Counted from the first letter of the stretch, positions 18,488 to 28,804 are shown. The stretch: DNA of 64,000 nt from an uncultured Pseudanabaenaceae cyanobacterium (GCA_937949725.1 CALECT010000017.1:13243-77242); one strand, 5' to 3'. Numbers and translations: made by a program. The notes: a model not told the origin generated them from the letters alone.

Positions 18488-20623
18488 TTACTGGGCCTGG
18501 GCTAACTCTTGGGCATTGTTGGTTTTAGGCTCGTTAGCTAGCAGGATCTCTCGCACAAACCGAGCGGCGGCTTTTTGGGCCAAACTACCTGCCACCTTTT
18601 GTCCCATGGTTTGTAGCTCAGGCTTGGCCAAGAGCTTGGGGACAATGGGCAATACCTTCATGGGGTCAAAGCCCTGGCTGTCTCGCAGAATGGCCAGGAT
18701 GCGTTGAATTCGTTCTAGGCTTTCGGCTTCTGCACTTTGGGTGGCATTAGCGGCGATCGCTGAATGCTTGGATGCCGCAGCGGTTTTGGGTTTGCCAAAG
18801 CCAAATGGATTGAAGCGATCTTGCCAGTTTTGGGTGAATTGGGTGACGGTGTTGCGACCCAAAGCATCAATGCTGTTGACCAGCTCGTCCACGAGGCGAT
18901 CGCGAATAAAGGCTCCTCGTTCAGAATCCAAAAACTCCAGGGTTTGGTCCACCACGACTTCCATGTCATAGGCTTCTCCACCACTCCGAGCATTGGTGAG
19001 CAAATTCTCCAGACGATTCCAGCGGAACTCCCCATCCTTAAATAGCAAGTCTTGCAGAGAGGCCCGCAATTGAGGGGCGGGGTCTGTCAGCAAACGCTTG
19101 GAAATATAGGGATAGGCCTTGCTCAAGACCTTGAACTCTGGGTCCACATTGATAGCAATGCCTTCTAGGGTCACCAGGGAGCGAATGATCAGGGCGTAGT
19201 AGGCAGGCACCCGGAAGGGATATTCATACATCAGCGCCGAGAGCTGATCGGTCATGCTCTTGAAGTTCAGCTCTGCCACGCTGCTGCCCAAGGCGTTGTT
19301 AAAGACCTCGGCCAGGGCTGGAATGATCGGTGTCAGATCCGTATCGGGGGTGAGGAAATCTAGCTTGATGTAGTCCTGGCCCAAGCCCTCAAAGTCGCGA
19401 TTGACCAGGTGAACCACAGCTTCGATCAGGCCGTAGCGCTGGTAGGGCTGGATCTCGCTCATCATGCCGAAGTCTAGATAGGCCAAGCGACCATCGGGCA
19501 TGGCTAGTAAGTTACCGGGGTGGGGGTCAGCATGGAAAAAGCCATGCTCCAGCAACTGGCGCAGGGAGCATTGCACTCCAATTTCGATCAGGTGGGTGGG
19601 GTCCATGCCCCGAGACTTAATCGTCTCAATCTCGGTCAACTTGTAGCCCGTGATCCATTCCATGGTCAGCACGCGGCGACCGGTGTAGTCCCAGTAGATG
19701 CTGGGCACATAAATTTCCGGCAGGTAGCTGTACAGCTCGTTGAAACGCTCAGCGTTGCGGCCTTCCTGGCTGTAGTCCATCTCGTCGAAAATGCGCTCAC
19801 CGAACTCGTCGGCGATCGCCACCAGGTCACTCTTAAGCTTGTCCCCTCGGGTATTCATCAACCAAGTGGCAATGCCATGGAGGATGTAGAGATCCAGCGT
19901 GATGCCTTCGGCCAAACCGGGGCGCTGAACCTTCACCGCCACATCTTCACCAGTCTTGAGCTTGCCCTTATAAACCTGGCCCAGGGAAGCAGCGGAAACG
20001 GGCTCGGGGGTTAGCTCTGCATAGATATCACGAGGGTGAGCCCCCAGCTCTTCTTCAATGAAACGGAAAGCAATTTCGTTTGGGAAAGCGGGCAGTTGGT
20101 CCTGGAGCCGGGTCATCTCTTCTAGATAGACCGGGGGCAGCAGGTCAGGGCGGGTTGACAAAGCCTGGCCAATCTTAATAAATGCCGGTCCGAGATTGGT
20201 CAAGACCTCCCGCATGCGCACCGCTCGCTTGCGCTCATTGCGTTTAATACTGCCGGTTTGGCGGTCCCACAGCAGCGCTAGGCCCAGAGTTGCGATAGGC
20301 CAGACGACGCCAATGCAGCGCCCGATGACCTGTAGGAATTTATTTTTGTAAAAGCTGGCAATAATCGCCGGGTCGTAATGCCCCAGGAGATCCTCAACCC
20401 CATTGATGTCTCGAACTTCAGGACGGGGACGTGGTGGGGGAGCTTGAGTCCGTCCTGGCTGAGGTGGAGAACTGGAACGACTCGGTAGCGTAGGGATAGG
20501 AGTCTGAGTTGCCTCCCCCCGAGCATTGGCTATCGATGAAATGGGTCTTGTTTCGATGACCATGTTGGGGAGGAATGCAGAAAAGAAAGCGAAGGTGATG
20601 CCCTTCTTAAAACAGTGTAACAA
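18488..20623 (-). CDS. ABC1/UbiB/AarF-family atypical protein kinase
   Basis: 711 aa. Conserved ABC1 N-terminal block …LTNLGPAFIKIGQALSTRPDLLPPVYLEEMTRLQDQLPAF…, then a kinase-like core (…VAVKVQRPG…, …HADPHPGNLL…, …DFGMM…). Confidence 0.85.
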   Translation of the reverse strand: MLHCFKKGITFAFFSAFLPNMVIETRPISSIANARGEATQTPIPTLPSRSSSPPQPGRTQAPPPRPRPEVRDINGVEDLLGHYDPAIIASFYKNKFLQVIGRCIGVVWPIATLGLALLWDRQTGSIKRNERKRAVRMREVLTNLGPAFIKIGQALSTRPDLLPPVYLEEMTRLQDQLPAFPNEIAFRFIEEELGAHPRDIYAELTPEPVSAASLGQVYKGKLKTGEDVAVKVQRPGLAEGITLDLYILHGIATWLMNTRGDKLKSDLVAIADEFGERIFDEMDYSQEGRNAERFNELYSYLPEIYVPSIYWDYTGRRVLTMEWITGYKLTEIETIKSRGMDPTHLIEIGVQCSLRQLLEHGFFHADPHPGNLLAMPDGRLAYLDFGMMSEIQPYQRYGLIEAVVHLVNRDFEGLGQDYIKLDFLTPDTDLTPIIPALAEVFNNALGSSVAELNFKSMTDQLSALMYEYPFRVPAYYALIIRSLVTLEGIAINVDPEFKVLSKAYPYISKRLLTDPAPQLRASLQDLLFKDGEFRWNRLENLLTNARSGGEAYDMEVVVDQTLEFLDSERGAFIRDRLVDELVNSIDALGRNTVTQFTQNWQDRFNPFGFGKPKTAAASKHSAIAANATQSAEAESLERIQRILAILRDSQGFDPMKVLPIVPKLLAKPELQTMGQKVAGSLAQKAAARFVREILLANEPKTNNAQELAQAQ

Positions 20624-20739
20624 TTTGCATTGAATTCGCTCAATTTTAGCTCTAGTCTCCTTCTATGGGTAGAAATGACAATACAAGAGTATTATTTTGG
20701 TGGCTATAGTAGATCGCTTGAACTGGTCTTCGTGCTTCA

Positions 20740-22623
20740 GTGAATGACCTGCGATCGCTGCCTAACCCCAAATTCCTTGTGGATGAGATTCCCCCGTCAC
20801 CCATGCTGCAACATCTTTGTATTGAGAATTTCGCCCTGGTAGACCACCTCGAACTGGACCTAGGGGCTGGACTGCATGTGCTTACGGGGGAAACCGGGGC
20901 GGGTAAGTCGATTATTTTGGATGCGATCGATGCTGTCCTTGGAGGGCGGGTTCCGGGACGAGTCATTCGCACAGGGGAATCGCGAGCGCGGTTAGAGGCT
21001 TCATTTCGACCGGGAGCTGGGGTGACAGCTTGGCTGAAAAGCTTTGAGATTGACCCGCTGGATGATGGCTTAGTGGTGTGCAGCCGGGAGATTGTCTCCA
21101 ATGGCAATGGCAGTCGCAGTCGCAGCCGAGTTAATGGGGTCTTGGTTAATCGCCAGCAAATGGAGAGCCTGCGGGAGCATTTGGTGGAAATCACCGCCCA
21201 GGGCCAAACGGTACAGCTCTGTCAGGCAGCGCGCCAGCGGGATTGGCTGGATGCCTTTGGGGATGCCGCTCTGGATAAGCAGCGAGGTCTGGTTGCCAAG
21301 GCCTTTAACGATTACCAGGAGGCCAAGCAGGCTCTTGAGCGTCGCCACCAGGCTGAGGGGCAGCGGCTCCAATTGCTTGATATGTATGAGTTCCAAGCGA
21401 AAGAGCTGGAAGCGGCAGAGCTAAATGACCCCGATGAATTGGAGCAAGCCCAGCTGGACCATCAGCGTCTGGGCCATGCTGTGGAATTGCAGCAGCAGAG
21501 CTTCCAGGTCTATGAGTTGCTGTACCAAAACGATAACGGTGGCAATGCTTGCGCAGACCTATTGGGAGATGCGGAGCAAATTCTCCAGGAGATGATGCGC
21601 TTTGACCCTAACCTCCAGGGTGTTGTGGATCTGGTGAATGAGGCGATTACCCAGGTTCAGGAAGCGGGAAACCAGGTCAATAGCTATGGCGCGGGCTTGG
21701 AAACTGACCCGGAGACTCTGGCTGAGCTGGAAACGCGAATCCATGAGCTGAAGCAAATCTGCCGAAAGTATGGCCCGACTTTGGGTGACGCGATCGCCTA
21801 CTACGCCAAAATCAGCGCCGAGCTAGCCGCTTTCTCTGACGAAAACCAGTCCCTCGAAGCCCTAGAAGCCACCTTGACCGAAGCCGAGGCCAAGCTGGTG
21901 CAGCTCTGCGCCAAGCTCACCCAACTGCGCAGCAAAGTCGCAGCCAAGCTGGAGGCTCGCCTCCTGGCTGAACTCAAGCCCTTGGCGATGGATAAAGTGA
22001 AGTTCCAAGTGCAAATCAGTCCGGTGTTGCCCACCAGCTACGGTGCGGATGCCATCTGCTTCCTGTTTAGCCCCAACCCCGGTGAACCGCTCCAGCCATT
22101 GAGCGAAACGGCTTCCGGTGGTGAGATGAGCCGCTTCTTGCTGGCGCTCAAGGCTTGCTTCTCCCAGGTGGATCCGGTAGGAACGCTGGTGTTTGACGAA
22201 ATTGATACGGGGGTTTCGGGGCGGGTATCCCAGGCGATCGCCGATAAGCTCAGTCAGCTCGGCGAAAACCAGCAGGTTCTCTGTGTGACTCACCAGCCTC
22301 TGATTGCAGCTCGGGCGGATTGTCACTATCGGGTGCAGAAAGAGGTCTTGGCCGATGAAGGGAGAACGGTTGTAAGGGTTATGCCTTTGGGCGATCGCGA
22401 CAGCCGCCGTCAGGAACTCGCGGAACTTGCGGGCGGTAAATCTGCCCAGGAAGCCATTGCTTTTGCTGAGTCCCTGCTCTCCCAGGCTGAAGCGCAAAAG
22501 CTGGGCCAGCCAGGCTTTGTGGCGGTGTTACCTGAGAAGAAGAGCTCGAAGACGAAGGCGATCGCGAAAACAGCGAAAACAACGGTGCGCCGGACGCGGA
22601 AGCAAAAGGTGGCTGCAACCTAA
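20740..22623 (+). CDS. recN: DNA repair protein RecN; the likely true start is the Met at 20803, and the protein has an unusual Lys/Arg-rich C-terminal tail
   Basis: MLQHLCIENFALVDHLELDLGAGLHVLTGETGAGKSIILDAIDAVLGG is the canonical RecN N-terminus with its Walker A. A long coiled coil follows, then the C-terminal ABC signature region (…SGGEMSRFLLAL…, …LVFDEIDTGVSG…). The last ~35 aa are KKSSKTKAIAKTAKTTVRRTRKQK. Confidence 0.88.
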   Translation: MNDLRSLPNPKFLVDEIPPSPMLQHLCIENFALVDHLELDLGAGLHVLTGETGAGKSIILDAIDAVLGGRVPGRVIRTGESRARLEASFRPGAGVTAWLKSFEIDPLDDGLVVCSREIVSNGNGSRSRSRVNGVLVNRQQMESLREHLVEITAQGQTVQLCQAARQRDWLDAFGDAALDKQRGLVAKAFNDYQEAKQALERRHQAEGQRLQLLDMYEFQAKELEAAELNDPDELEQAQLDHQRLGHAVELQQQSFQVYELLYQNDNGGNACADLLGDAEQILQEMMRFDPNLQGVVDLVNEAITQVQEAGNQVNSYGAGLETDPETLAELETRIHELKQICRKYGPTLGDAIAYYAKISAELAAFSDENQSLEALEATLTEAEAKLVQLCAKLTQLRSKVAAKLEARLLAELKPLAMDKVKFQVQISPVLPTSYGADAICFLFSPNPGEPLQPLSETASGGEMSRFLLALKACFSQVDPVGTLVFDEIDTGVSGRVSQAIADKLSQLGENQQVLCVTHQPLIAARADCHYRVQKEVLADEGRTVVRVMPLGDRDSRRQELAELAGGKSAQEAIAFAESLLSQAEAQKLGQPGFVAVLPEKKSSKTKAIAKTAKTTVRRTRKQKVAAT

Positions 22624-22661
22624 GCCTTGCTAGGCGATGTCATACCGCTTGAATACTGCTG

Positions 22662-22879
22662 TAGAAGCAACCTGAGTTCGACAGTTCGAAAAAGCCCTTG
22701 CGAAGCAGGTTGGGAATAAATTCCCAACCTAAGAGCGAAAGCCCACTAAAGTGGGCTGCAACCCTAGCTGGTGGGCTGTTCAGTCCGTTTTAACGGACTT
22801 GAGCTTTGAGCCGTGAGGTTTAGCTCACGGCAGCAGAGCCAAGCCAGTCTTAAATTTGTCGAACTCAGGTTAGAAGCAA
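22662..22879. repeat. ~220-bp element bounded by inverted copies of CCTGAGTTCGAC (each next to a TAGAAGCAA direct repeat) and containing five consecutive short perfect hairpins; candidate miniature inverted-repeat element (MITE) or structured non-coding RNA
   Basis: Read directly from the sequence. TAGAAGCAA-CCTGAGTTCGAC sits at 22662-22682 and GTCGAACTCAGG-TTAGAAGCAA at 22858-22879. Internal hairpins are GTTGGGAATaaaTTCCCAAC (22709-22729), GCCCACtaaaGTGGGC (22741-22756), GTCCGttttaaCGGAC (~22783-22798) and CCGTGAGgtttagCTCACGG (22811-22830). No ORF lies inside. Confidence 0.5.
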
Positions 22880-22907
22880 TAAACGGCAATCAAATCAAAA
22901 CACAGGC

Positions 22908-22939
22908 GAGAGCTGACATGGCCTACCATGTCAGCTCTC
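22908..22939 (-). terminator. rho-independent terminator of the downstream Usp gene (14-bp perfect stem GAGAGCTGACATGG/CCATGTCAGCTCTC followed on the minus strand by a U-rich tract)
   Basis: Stem-loop read from the sequence. The minus-strand 3' flank reads GCCUGUGUUUUGAUUUGAUU. It lies immediately downstream of the stop of the 22975..23463(-) gene. Confidence 0.65.
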
Positions 22940-22974
22940 CTGTTTGAAACCTAACCGCCTAATTTCACCCTGCC

Positions 22975-23463
22975 CTAAACCTCTACGCTGGGCAGCTCAC
23001 CTTGAATTACCAGTACAGAGCAACTCGCTCTATGCAAGACATAGTTGCTAACGCTGCCTAGCATCAGTTCCGCCAGGCCAGAACGTCCTCGGCGACCTAG
23101 CAAAATTAACTCCGCTCCCCAAGCCTTTGCATTTTTGCAAATCAATGCGCCTGGCCCTCCGGCATCGTAGGCAATACTGGCTTTTACGTTGGATTGCTGC
23201 GCCCGTTCCTGGAAATGCTGAAGCCGCTCCTTTGTTTTGTTGAGATTGATTTGGGTCATCTCCACATCCAGGCTGGAAAAGTCTTGATCCGGTAGGGTTC
23301 CCAGGCTACTAGCAGGCTCCTTATAAAGGCTGGGAGCCCACTCCACACAGCTAAAAAGCATCAGCTCGCTCTCTTCACGATGGGCCAGGTCAATAGCCTG
23401 GTTAAAAACGCTTTCCGCATTGTCGTGGTGATCGAGGGCGACGAGGATCTTATGAAATGCCAT
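22975..23463 (-). CDS. universal stress protein (UspA family)
   Basis: 162 aa. MAFHKILVALDHHDNAESVFNQAIDLA… and a C-terminal …LILLGRRGRSGLAELMLGSVSNYVLHRASCSVLVI glycine-rich ATP-binding motif of UspA-like proteins. Confidence 0.85.
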   Translation of the reverse strand: MAFHKILVALDHHDNAESVFNQAIDLAHREESELMLFSCVEWAPSLYKEPASSLGTLPDQDFSSLDVEMTQINLNKTKERLQHFQERAQQSNVKASIAYDAGGPGALICKNAKAWGAELILLGRRGRSGLAELMLGSVSNYVLHRASCSVLVIQGELPSVEV

Positions 23464-24148
23464 GGCGATGAACGGGTAAAAGTGGCTTGGATATTGATTG
23501 CGGAGTAGAAGAGCCTAATGATTCAGGCCAACAGTACGTGGTCGAGTTATCCAATGGGTTTAAGTCGTTAGGGCGGTTGCTTTGATGCTTCCCGGTTCCC
23601 TCAACAGGGTTTCTCTTCGTATCTTCATCTTCCAAGGGGAATGTGAGCTTGGATGGATATTGTGACTGAATCGTTACTCAACTCATGACTGTGTAATTTC
23701 ATTGGATTTCGCTTGGAATCATTCAGACAATCTGGCTTTGGGTGATTTGAGGCCATTGCTTTGGGAGTGATCGCCGATTGCTTTGCCTGCTTTGCAAGTA
23801 TAAAAACGCACTAACGTAAGCGATTTGTCTCGGAATTTTAGAGATTGTACGGTTCTCATTGATAAAGCTTGTATCAATCTTTAGGCCTGCTATCCGGAGT
23901 AGAGAGAAGTCATAGGCTTCGCCATCCGTTTCAAGGAGTTGTGAGCATTACCCCAGTGGTGATGTGAGGCAGAGCTTTTTCATGAAGTAACTGTGTGATT
24001 GCAACGGGGAGTTTAGCCCATGGTGTCCATTGGACTGTCCGCCACCGATAAGTCTGCTGTTGAACAAGTATCGATGTCGTTGTTGGTAGAACCTTGCGCT
24101 GCTGATGCTTCGTTGGGGGAAACGGTTAACCGACTGTCTACGCCTGCG

Positions 24149-25510
24149 ATGCAGATTGGTTCTGTGGGCGCTTTGGTGGTGTTGGGGGTATTGGGGACTG
24201 CCGGTAGTGCCCAGGCCATGGTGCGCCGTGGGGCCCAATGTGAGGCTGTGGATCAGCTCCAAGTCGCTTTGGGCGATCGCGGCTATGACATCGGGGGCGT
24301 GGATGGCAAGTTTGGCGGACGCACCGAAGCTGCGGTACGTCGTTTCCAGAAACAGCAGAATCTCCAGGCTGATGGCATCGTGGGTCCTGCGACTGCTCGG
24401 GCTATGGGCTTGCCACCGGAGTTTAGCTGTTCCTACGTAGCTGCCCAGGCGGTTCAAAAGCCGGTGGCATGGTCGCCCGAGGGGGAGTTTGCTGTCGTTA
24501 CGAACGGTGGAGCCTTGCGCTTGCGCAAAGCCCCAGAAGGCTCGGTTGTAGGTGCACTGAAGAATGGTGACCGGGTCACGGTAATTGGAATGAAGGATGG
24601 CTGGGCTAGGCTTAGCTCCGGTGCCTGGGTTTCACGGGCTTGGTTGCAGGTGGGGCGGAGAGTTCAGAACAATGTGCCTCAAAAACAGCAGCCCATTGCC
24701 CAGTCTGTCCCCGCTGCTGATGTCTCACCTGGGCAGCAGACTCTCGCTGCTGCTATTCCTGGCCAGGTGGTTGAGCTCCCCTCGCCGGAATCTCCCCAAC
24801 TCGGTCTTCAAGTCGCGGTGGAGCCCAAGGTTGCTGCTGTTCCCCTAAAGACTGGCAAAATTGCCGTGAGTCTGCCAAAAGCTGAGCCTGCCTTGGAGAC
24901 TCGTAATCAAGTCGTGGTTGAGCAGGTTGCTTCTGATGAACCGACTTTGATTCAAACTGTTGCAGAGCCTGTTGTGGCTGCCTCTGTACCCACACCCGCC
25001 TCTATCAATAAAGTCTCAGCTCCTCGCCTTGACTTGGAGCCCGGTCAGATTAATTCTCGTGCGCTGCTTGTCGCTGCTGCGTCAGATTCCATTTCCTTGC
25101 CCAGCGCGATGGCCCCAGAGTCCACACCTCTTAACGTTGCTGAATCCCCTCGGGTTGTGGACCCAGCAGAGACTGCATTTGCCCCTGTAGAGTCCGTGAT
25201 TAAGGAGGTTGCTGAGCCAACTTTGGCTGAGCCTCTGGTAGCTGAAGATCAGCTTCAGGCTGAAGCGATCGCCGAGCCGTTACCGCTGGAATCACCTGCT
25301 GAGCCTGCGGTCGTTGCAGTACGCTCGTCTTCCAGTCAATCCATGGAAGTGGCAACCTATGGCGATCGCCTTCTCATCCGTGAGAGTCCTGGCGGTCAGG
25401 TCATCGGCTCCATCCCCAATGGCTTAAAAATCAGCACTGTTGATGAGAAGGATGGTTGGTACGAACTAGAAACCGGCGGCTGGGTGATGGCTCGCTGGCT
25501 GCGGAGTTAG
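24149..25510 (+). CDS. secreted peptidoglycan-binding protein (PG_binding_1 domain plus two SH3b domains and a long Pro/Ala/Val-rich spacer); the start was moved to the Met preceding the signal peptide
   Basis: Signal peptide MQIGSVGALVVLGVLGTAGSAQA. PG-binding repeat …CEAVDQLQVALGDRGYDIGGVDGKFGGRTEAAVRRFQKQQNLQADGIVGPATARAMG…. SH3b-like …LRLRKAPEGSVVGALKNGDRVTVIGMKDGWARL… and C-terminal …LLIRESPGGQVIGSIPNGLKISTVDEKDGWYELETGGWVMARWL. The ORF track starts 129 nt further upstream (24020). Confidence 0.75.
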   Translation: MQIGSVGALVVLGVLGTAGSAQAMVRRGAQCEAVDQLQVALGDRGYDIGGVDGKFGGRTEAAVRRFQKQQNLQADGIVGPATARAMGLPPEFSCSYVAAQAVQKPVAWSPEGEFAVVTNGGALRLRKAPEGSVVGALKNGDRVTVIGMKDGWARLSSGAWVSRAWLQVGRRVQNNVPQKQQPIAQSVPAADVSPGQQTLAAAIPGQVVELPSPESPQLGLQVAVEPKVAAVPLKTGKIAVSLPKAEPALETRNQVVVEQVASDEPTLIQTVAEPVVAASVPTPASINKVSAPRLDLEPGQINSRALLVAAASDSISLPSAMAPESTPLNVAESPRVVDPAETAFAPVESVIKEVAEPTLAEPLVAEDQLQAEAIAEPLPLESPAEPAVVAVRSSSSQSMEVATYGDRLLIRESPGGQVIGSIPNGLKISTVDEKDGWYELETGGWVMARWLRS

Positions 25511-25557
25511 TCCACTGTTTGGGCCATGTTGAAGGCGAGTTGTTCTTCAATTTGTCT

Positions 25558-26763
25558 TCAACTGCCTAACAACACCCGCTGCACTGCTACAGCATCCATT
25601 CCGGGTTGAATGTCAGGGCGATACAGCATCGTCAGGAGTTGTTTATCTTGCTTGCTGTAGGCCTGGGTTTGGCTCCAGCCCTGAAAAAAGATGCTGTTGG
25701 AATCTGCGGCAGAGTCCTGCATCAAGCCTAGGGATTGAGTCAGCTCTTCGCGAATGAGGTGGGAGCGTTCGGGTTGATTAATATCAGTGGTGGATATGAG
25801 AATCCGTCCCCGCTGTATTTCTCCCTGAGCGGCTTCGTTCCAAAAGAAGCCATGGTTCACAGGCTTGTAACTGGCTTCGTATTGGCTAAAGTTTTGCTCA
25901 GCGACAAAAAAGATTTCTAGGTTGGGCTCGCTCTCGACAAATCCCAGCTCTACATCACCCAGGAGGTGATTGATTTCTGCCACAACCTGCTCCAAGGTCG
26001 CGATATCAGTAGGAGTGGGATGACCATAAACTTGGATGCGTAGGTCTTGGGTCCATTTTCGAATGTGGGGGATGCTGCTGGGTTGACTGTTGGGCGAAAA
26101 TTCTGTGCCTAGGGCGATCGCGAGGAAGTTCGCGACCTCCTCAGGGCTATGTTGCAGCTTGCCTACCGTGGTTGGCGCAGATGCAGGGGTTGACCTATGC
26201 CTAAGATCGGGAGTGAGATGGTGTTGTAAAACCGGTGCGGTGGCTAGGTTGGTTGATGCTGCGCTGAAAGCTGGGGCAGGTTTGATGTCAGCGGGAGAAG
26301 GTTGGATAGCTTGATTCGCTCTTGTTTCAATCGCTTCAGCCAGGCGTTGATGGGTTTGCCCGCTAAGGTCAGCAATTTCATGTTTGATAGCTCGTCGCTG
26401 CCTTCTCCGCAGGACAATGGGTTGTGGAGCTTTGTCTGAATCCAGTCCTTCGGCAACCTGTGACGGTTGAGGTTGCCATTGCATGATGCTCTGGCCTGTC
26501 CATTGCATTGCTTTAGCGATGCTATTGCCTGAAAGCTTGTTGCCGAGATTATCGGCCAACTCCTCTGCCCAGCCTTCTTCAGGCAGACCCTGACGATTGG
26601 CTTGTTCTAGGGCAGCAGAGCCCAGGATGAAGGAGAAGCCGAGGGGAAACATCAGCAGAACAAGGCCCAGGCCTTGCCAGTGATGCAGTTGTTTCCAAGG
26701 CGGAAGGGGTCGCTTTGCGGTTAACCGTGAATTCAACTTCGCCATGGTTGTCCCGCTCTCCAT
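25558..26763 (-). CDS. membrane-anchored hypothetical protein
   Basis: 401 aa. An N-terminal TM helix (GLGLVLLMFPLGFSFILGSAAL) and a Gln/Pro-rich middle. The C-terminal ~170 aa globular region (…FFVAEQNFSQYEASYKPVNHGFFWNEAAQGEIQRGRILISTTDINQPERSHLIREELTQSLGL…) has no motif I can assign. Confidence 0.5.
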   Translation of the reverse strand: MESGTTMAKLNSRLTAKRPLPPWKQLHHWQGLGLVLLMFPLGFSFILGSAALEQANRQGLPEEGWAEELADNLGNKLSGNSIAKAMQWTGQSIMQWQPQPSQVAEGLDSDKAPQPIVLRRRQRRAIKHEIADLSGQTHQRLAEAIETRANQAIQPSPADIKPAPAFSAASTNLATAPVLQHHLTPDLRHRSTPASAPTTVGKLQHSPEEVANFLAIALGTEFSPNSQPSSIPHIRKWTQDLRIQVYGHPTPTDIATLEQVVAEINHLLGDVELGFVESEPNLEIFFVAEQNFSQYEASYKPVNHGFFWNEAAQGEIQRGRILISTTDINQPERSHLIREELTQSLGLMQDSAADSNSIFFQGWSQTQAYSKQDKQLLTMLYRPDIQPGMDAVAVQRVLLGS

Positions 26764-26949
26764 CCCTTGAGCTTTGATTTAACCAAGGTAGATTGCCTGC
26801 TCAGGCGCTCCCAGGGGCATAGATGCCTCAATCTGGGCAGGTCTTGGCCCCATGGCTAGCTTTGGCGTTGCCCCGAAACACAAATCCCCAGTGAGCAGGA
26901 AATTAGCTCACTGGGGATTTGGTTCTGTCGATATGGCAGAGGTAGAGGC

Positions 26950-28365
26950 TTAGCTTTGGAGCTGAGCCTTGGAGCGGGTGATCGCTTCCCTCACTTGCTC
27001 AAAGCCCGTGCCGCCGTAGCTATTGCGTCTTTCCACGACCTGCTTAGGTGTAATGGCTTCATAGATATCCTGCTCAAACTTAGGATGGAGCGCCTGCCAT
27101 TCTTCCAGAGTCAAATCCTTAAGCAATTTGTTCTGAGCCAAGCTCGTACGCACCACTTTGCCCACCAGGTTGTATGCCTCCCGGAAGGGAACGCCTTTGC
27201 CCGCCAAATAATCCGCCACATCTGTTGCATTGGAGAAGTCCGAAGCAACGGCCTCGGCCAAGCGCTGGGGCTGAAACTCAATGCCCTCCCGCAGCAGGAT
27301 TGTCATGGCTTCGAGACAGCCAGAGACCGTATTGACGGTATCAAACAGGCCCTCTTTATCTTCCTGGAGGTCTTTGTTGTAAGCCAGGGGCAGACCTTTA
27401 AGAATCACCAGCATGGCTTGCAAGTGCCCAAAGACCCGACCGGTTTTGCCCCGGACCAGCTCTGGAATATCGGGGTTCTTCTTCTGGGGCATGATGCTGG
27501 AGCCCGTGGAGCAGTTGTCCTTAAGGCGAATGAAGCGAAATTCCTCCGAAGCCCAGAGAATCATCTCCTCGGACATGCGGCTGAGGTGGACCAGAATGAG
27601 GCTGGAAGCAGCTAGGAATTCTACGGCGAAGTCGCGATCGCTTACCGCATCCAGGCTATTGCCATAAACCCGCTCAAAGCCCAATAGTTTTGCACTCAGC
27701 TGACGGTTAATGGGAAAGGTCGTACCCGCCAGAGCCCCTGCCCCTAGGGGAGAGCAATTAATTCTTTTCAGTGCATCACCCAATCGCTCATGGTCCCGTT
27801 CCGCCATGTCGCAATAGGCCAGCAGATGGTGGGCCAAGCTCACGGGCTGGGCTCGCTGGAGGTGGGTATAGCCAGGAATCAGGGTTTCAACATTCTGTTC
27901 TGCTAACCCTAGCAATACAGTCTGAAACTCCCGCAATTGCTGACGAATACGCTCTACATGGTCCCGCAGGTATAGGCGAATATCTGTTCCCACCTGGTCA
28001 TTACGGGAGCGGGCAGTGTGCAGCTTTTTCCCCGTATCACCCAGCAGTTCTGTCAGGCGATGTTCCACTGCAAAATGGACATCCTCGTCATCCACTGTTG
28101 GATTGAGCTTGCCTTCGCGGTATTCCTGGCGGATTTGCTCCAGCCCCTCGACGAGCTGCTGTGCTTCAGCTTCAGAGATGATGCCAGTGCTGGCCAGCAT
28201 CTTGGCATGGGCTTGGGAGCCAGTGATGTCGTACTCAATCAGCTCGATGTCGAAGCCGATGCTGGCATTGAAGCGGGCGATCGCTGGGTGTAGCGAAGAC
28301 TCAAACCGCTGGCTCCAGGTTTTCTGGGAGCTAGCGGTGTTATCAGGGGGGGAGGATTGGGGCAT
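26950..28365 (-). CDS. argH: argininosuccinate lyase
   Basis: 471 aa. N-terminal …[33 protein letters not shown]…. The fumarate-lyase signature [12 protein letters not shown] is present. Confidence 0.92.
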   Translation of the reverse strand: MPQSSPPDNTASSQKTWSQRFESSLHPAIARFNASIGFDIELIEYDITGSQAHAKMLASTGIISEAEAQQLVEGLEQIRQEYREGKLNPTVDDEDVHFAVEHRLTELLGDTGKKLHTARSRNDQVGTDIRLYLRDHVERIRQQLREFQTVLLGLAEQNVETLIPGYTHLQRAQPVSLAHHLLAYCDMAERDHERLGDALKRINCSPLGAGALAGTTFPINRQLSAKLLGFERVYGNSLDAVSDRDFAVEFLAASSLILVHLSRMSEEMILWASEEFRFIRLKDNCSTGSSIMPQKKNPDIPELVRGKTGRVFGHLQAMLVILKGLPLAYNKDLQEDKEGLFDTVNTVSGCLEAMTILLREGIEFQPQRLAEAVASDFSNATDVADYLAGKGVPFREAYNLVGKVVRTSLAQNKLLKDLTLEEWQALHPKFEQDIYEAITPKQVVERRNSYGGTGFEQVREAITRSKAQLQS

Positions 28366-28598
28366 TAACCGTAGGACGTCAGACTCTTAAAGATATAGCC
28401 AATCACAAAACCGATCAGCATGGCCCAAAGCTGACCAGAATCGACAAAACGGCCCCAAGCTCCAGTCATATCTCCCAGGATGTCTTGGTCAAACTGTTGA
28501 GCCAGGATTGTTGTGTGAGTCGCAGTTTGGCTCAGGGCATCAAGGGCAGTGCTGCCATCGTTGAGCACAATGAGGGAAAGGTCTAGATTCTCAATCAT
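28365..28598 (-). CDS. small hypothetical protein with a C-terminal transmembrane helix, translationally coupled to argH
   Basis: 77 aa. Its stop overlaps the argH start codon region by 1 nt (same strand). The C-terminus [19 protein letters not shown] is hydrophobic. No homolog was recognised from memory. Confidence 0.4.
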   Translation of the reverse strand: MIENLDLSLIVLNDGSTALDALSQTATHTTILAQQFDQDILGDMTGAWGRFVDSGQLWAMLIGFVIGYIFKSLTSYG

Positions 28599-28804
28599 TC
28601 AGGGATTCTCCCCCTAGCACTTCTAGGGATAGGCTAAACGCTGCGATTGTACTATGCGTTTTGGAAATTCAACCGCTGGTAAGGGGAAAACGATAGAAGG
28701 AAGGTTGCCAGGAATGATGCCCATAGGAAATTAGGCGATCCACTATTCAATATCCGTTCTCATTCTCCAACCTTTGGGCAAGAAACAGAGCTGAGCGATT
28801 GTCT

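Noticed and set aside
21862-22497. 211-aa minus-strand ORF inside recN
   Set aside because: Antisense to the RecN coiled-coil region. The open frame is a by-product of a GC-rich, codon-biased sequence.
23948-24457. 169-aa minus-strand ORF overlapping the 5' end of the peptidoglycan-binding protein gene
   Set aside because: It overlaps the signal-peptide and PG-binding-domain coding sequence on the other strand and has no domain or coherent composition. It was retained only as part of the divergent promoter region.
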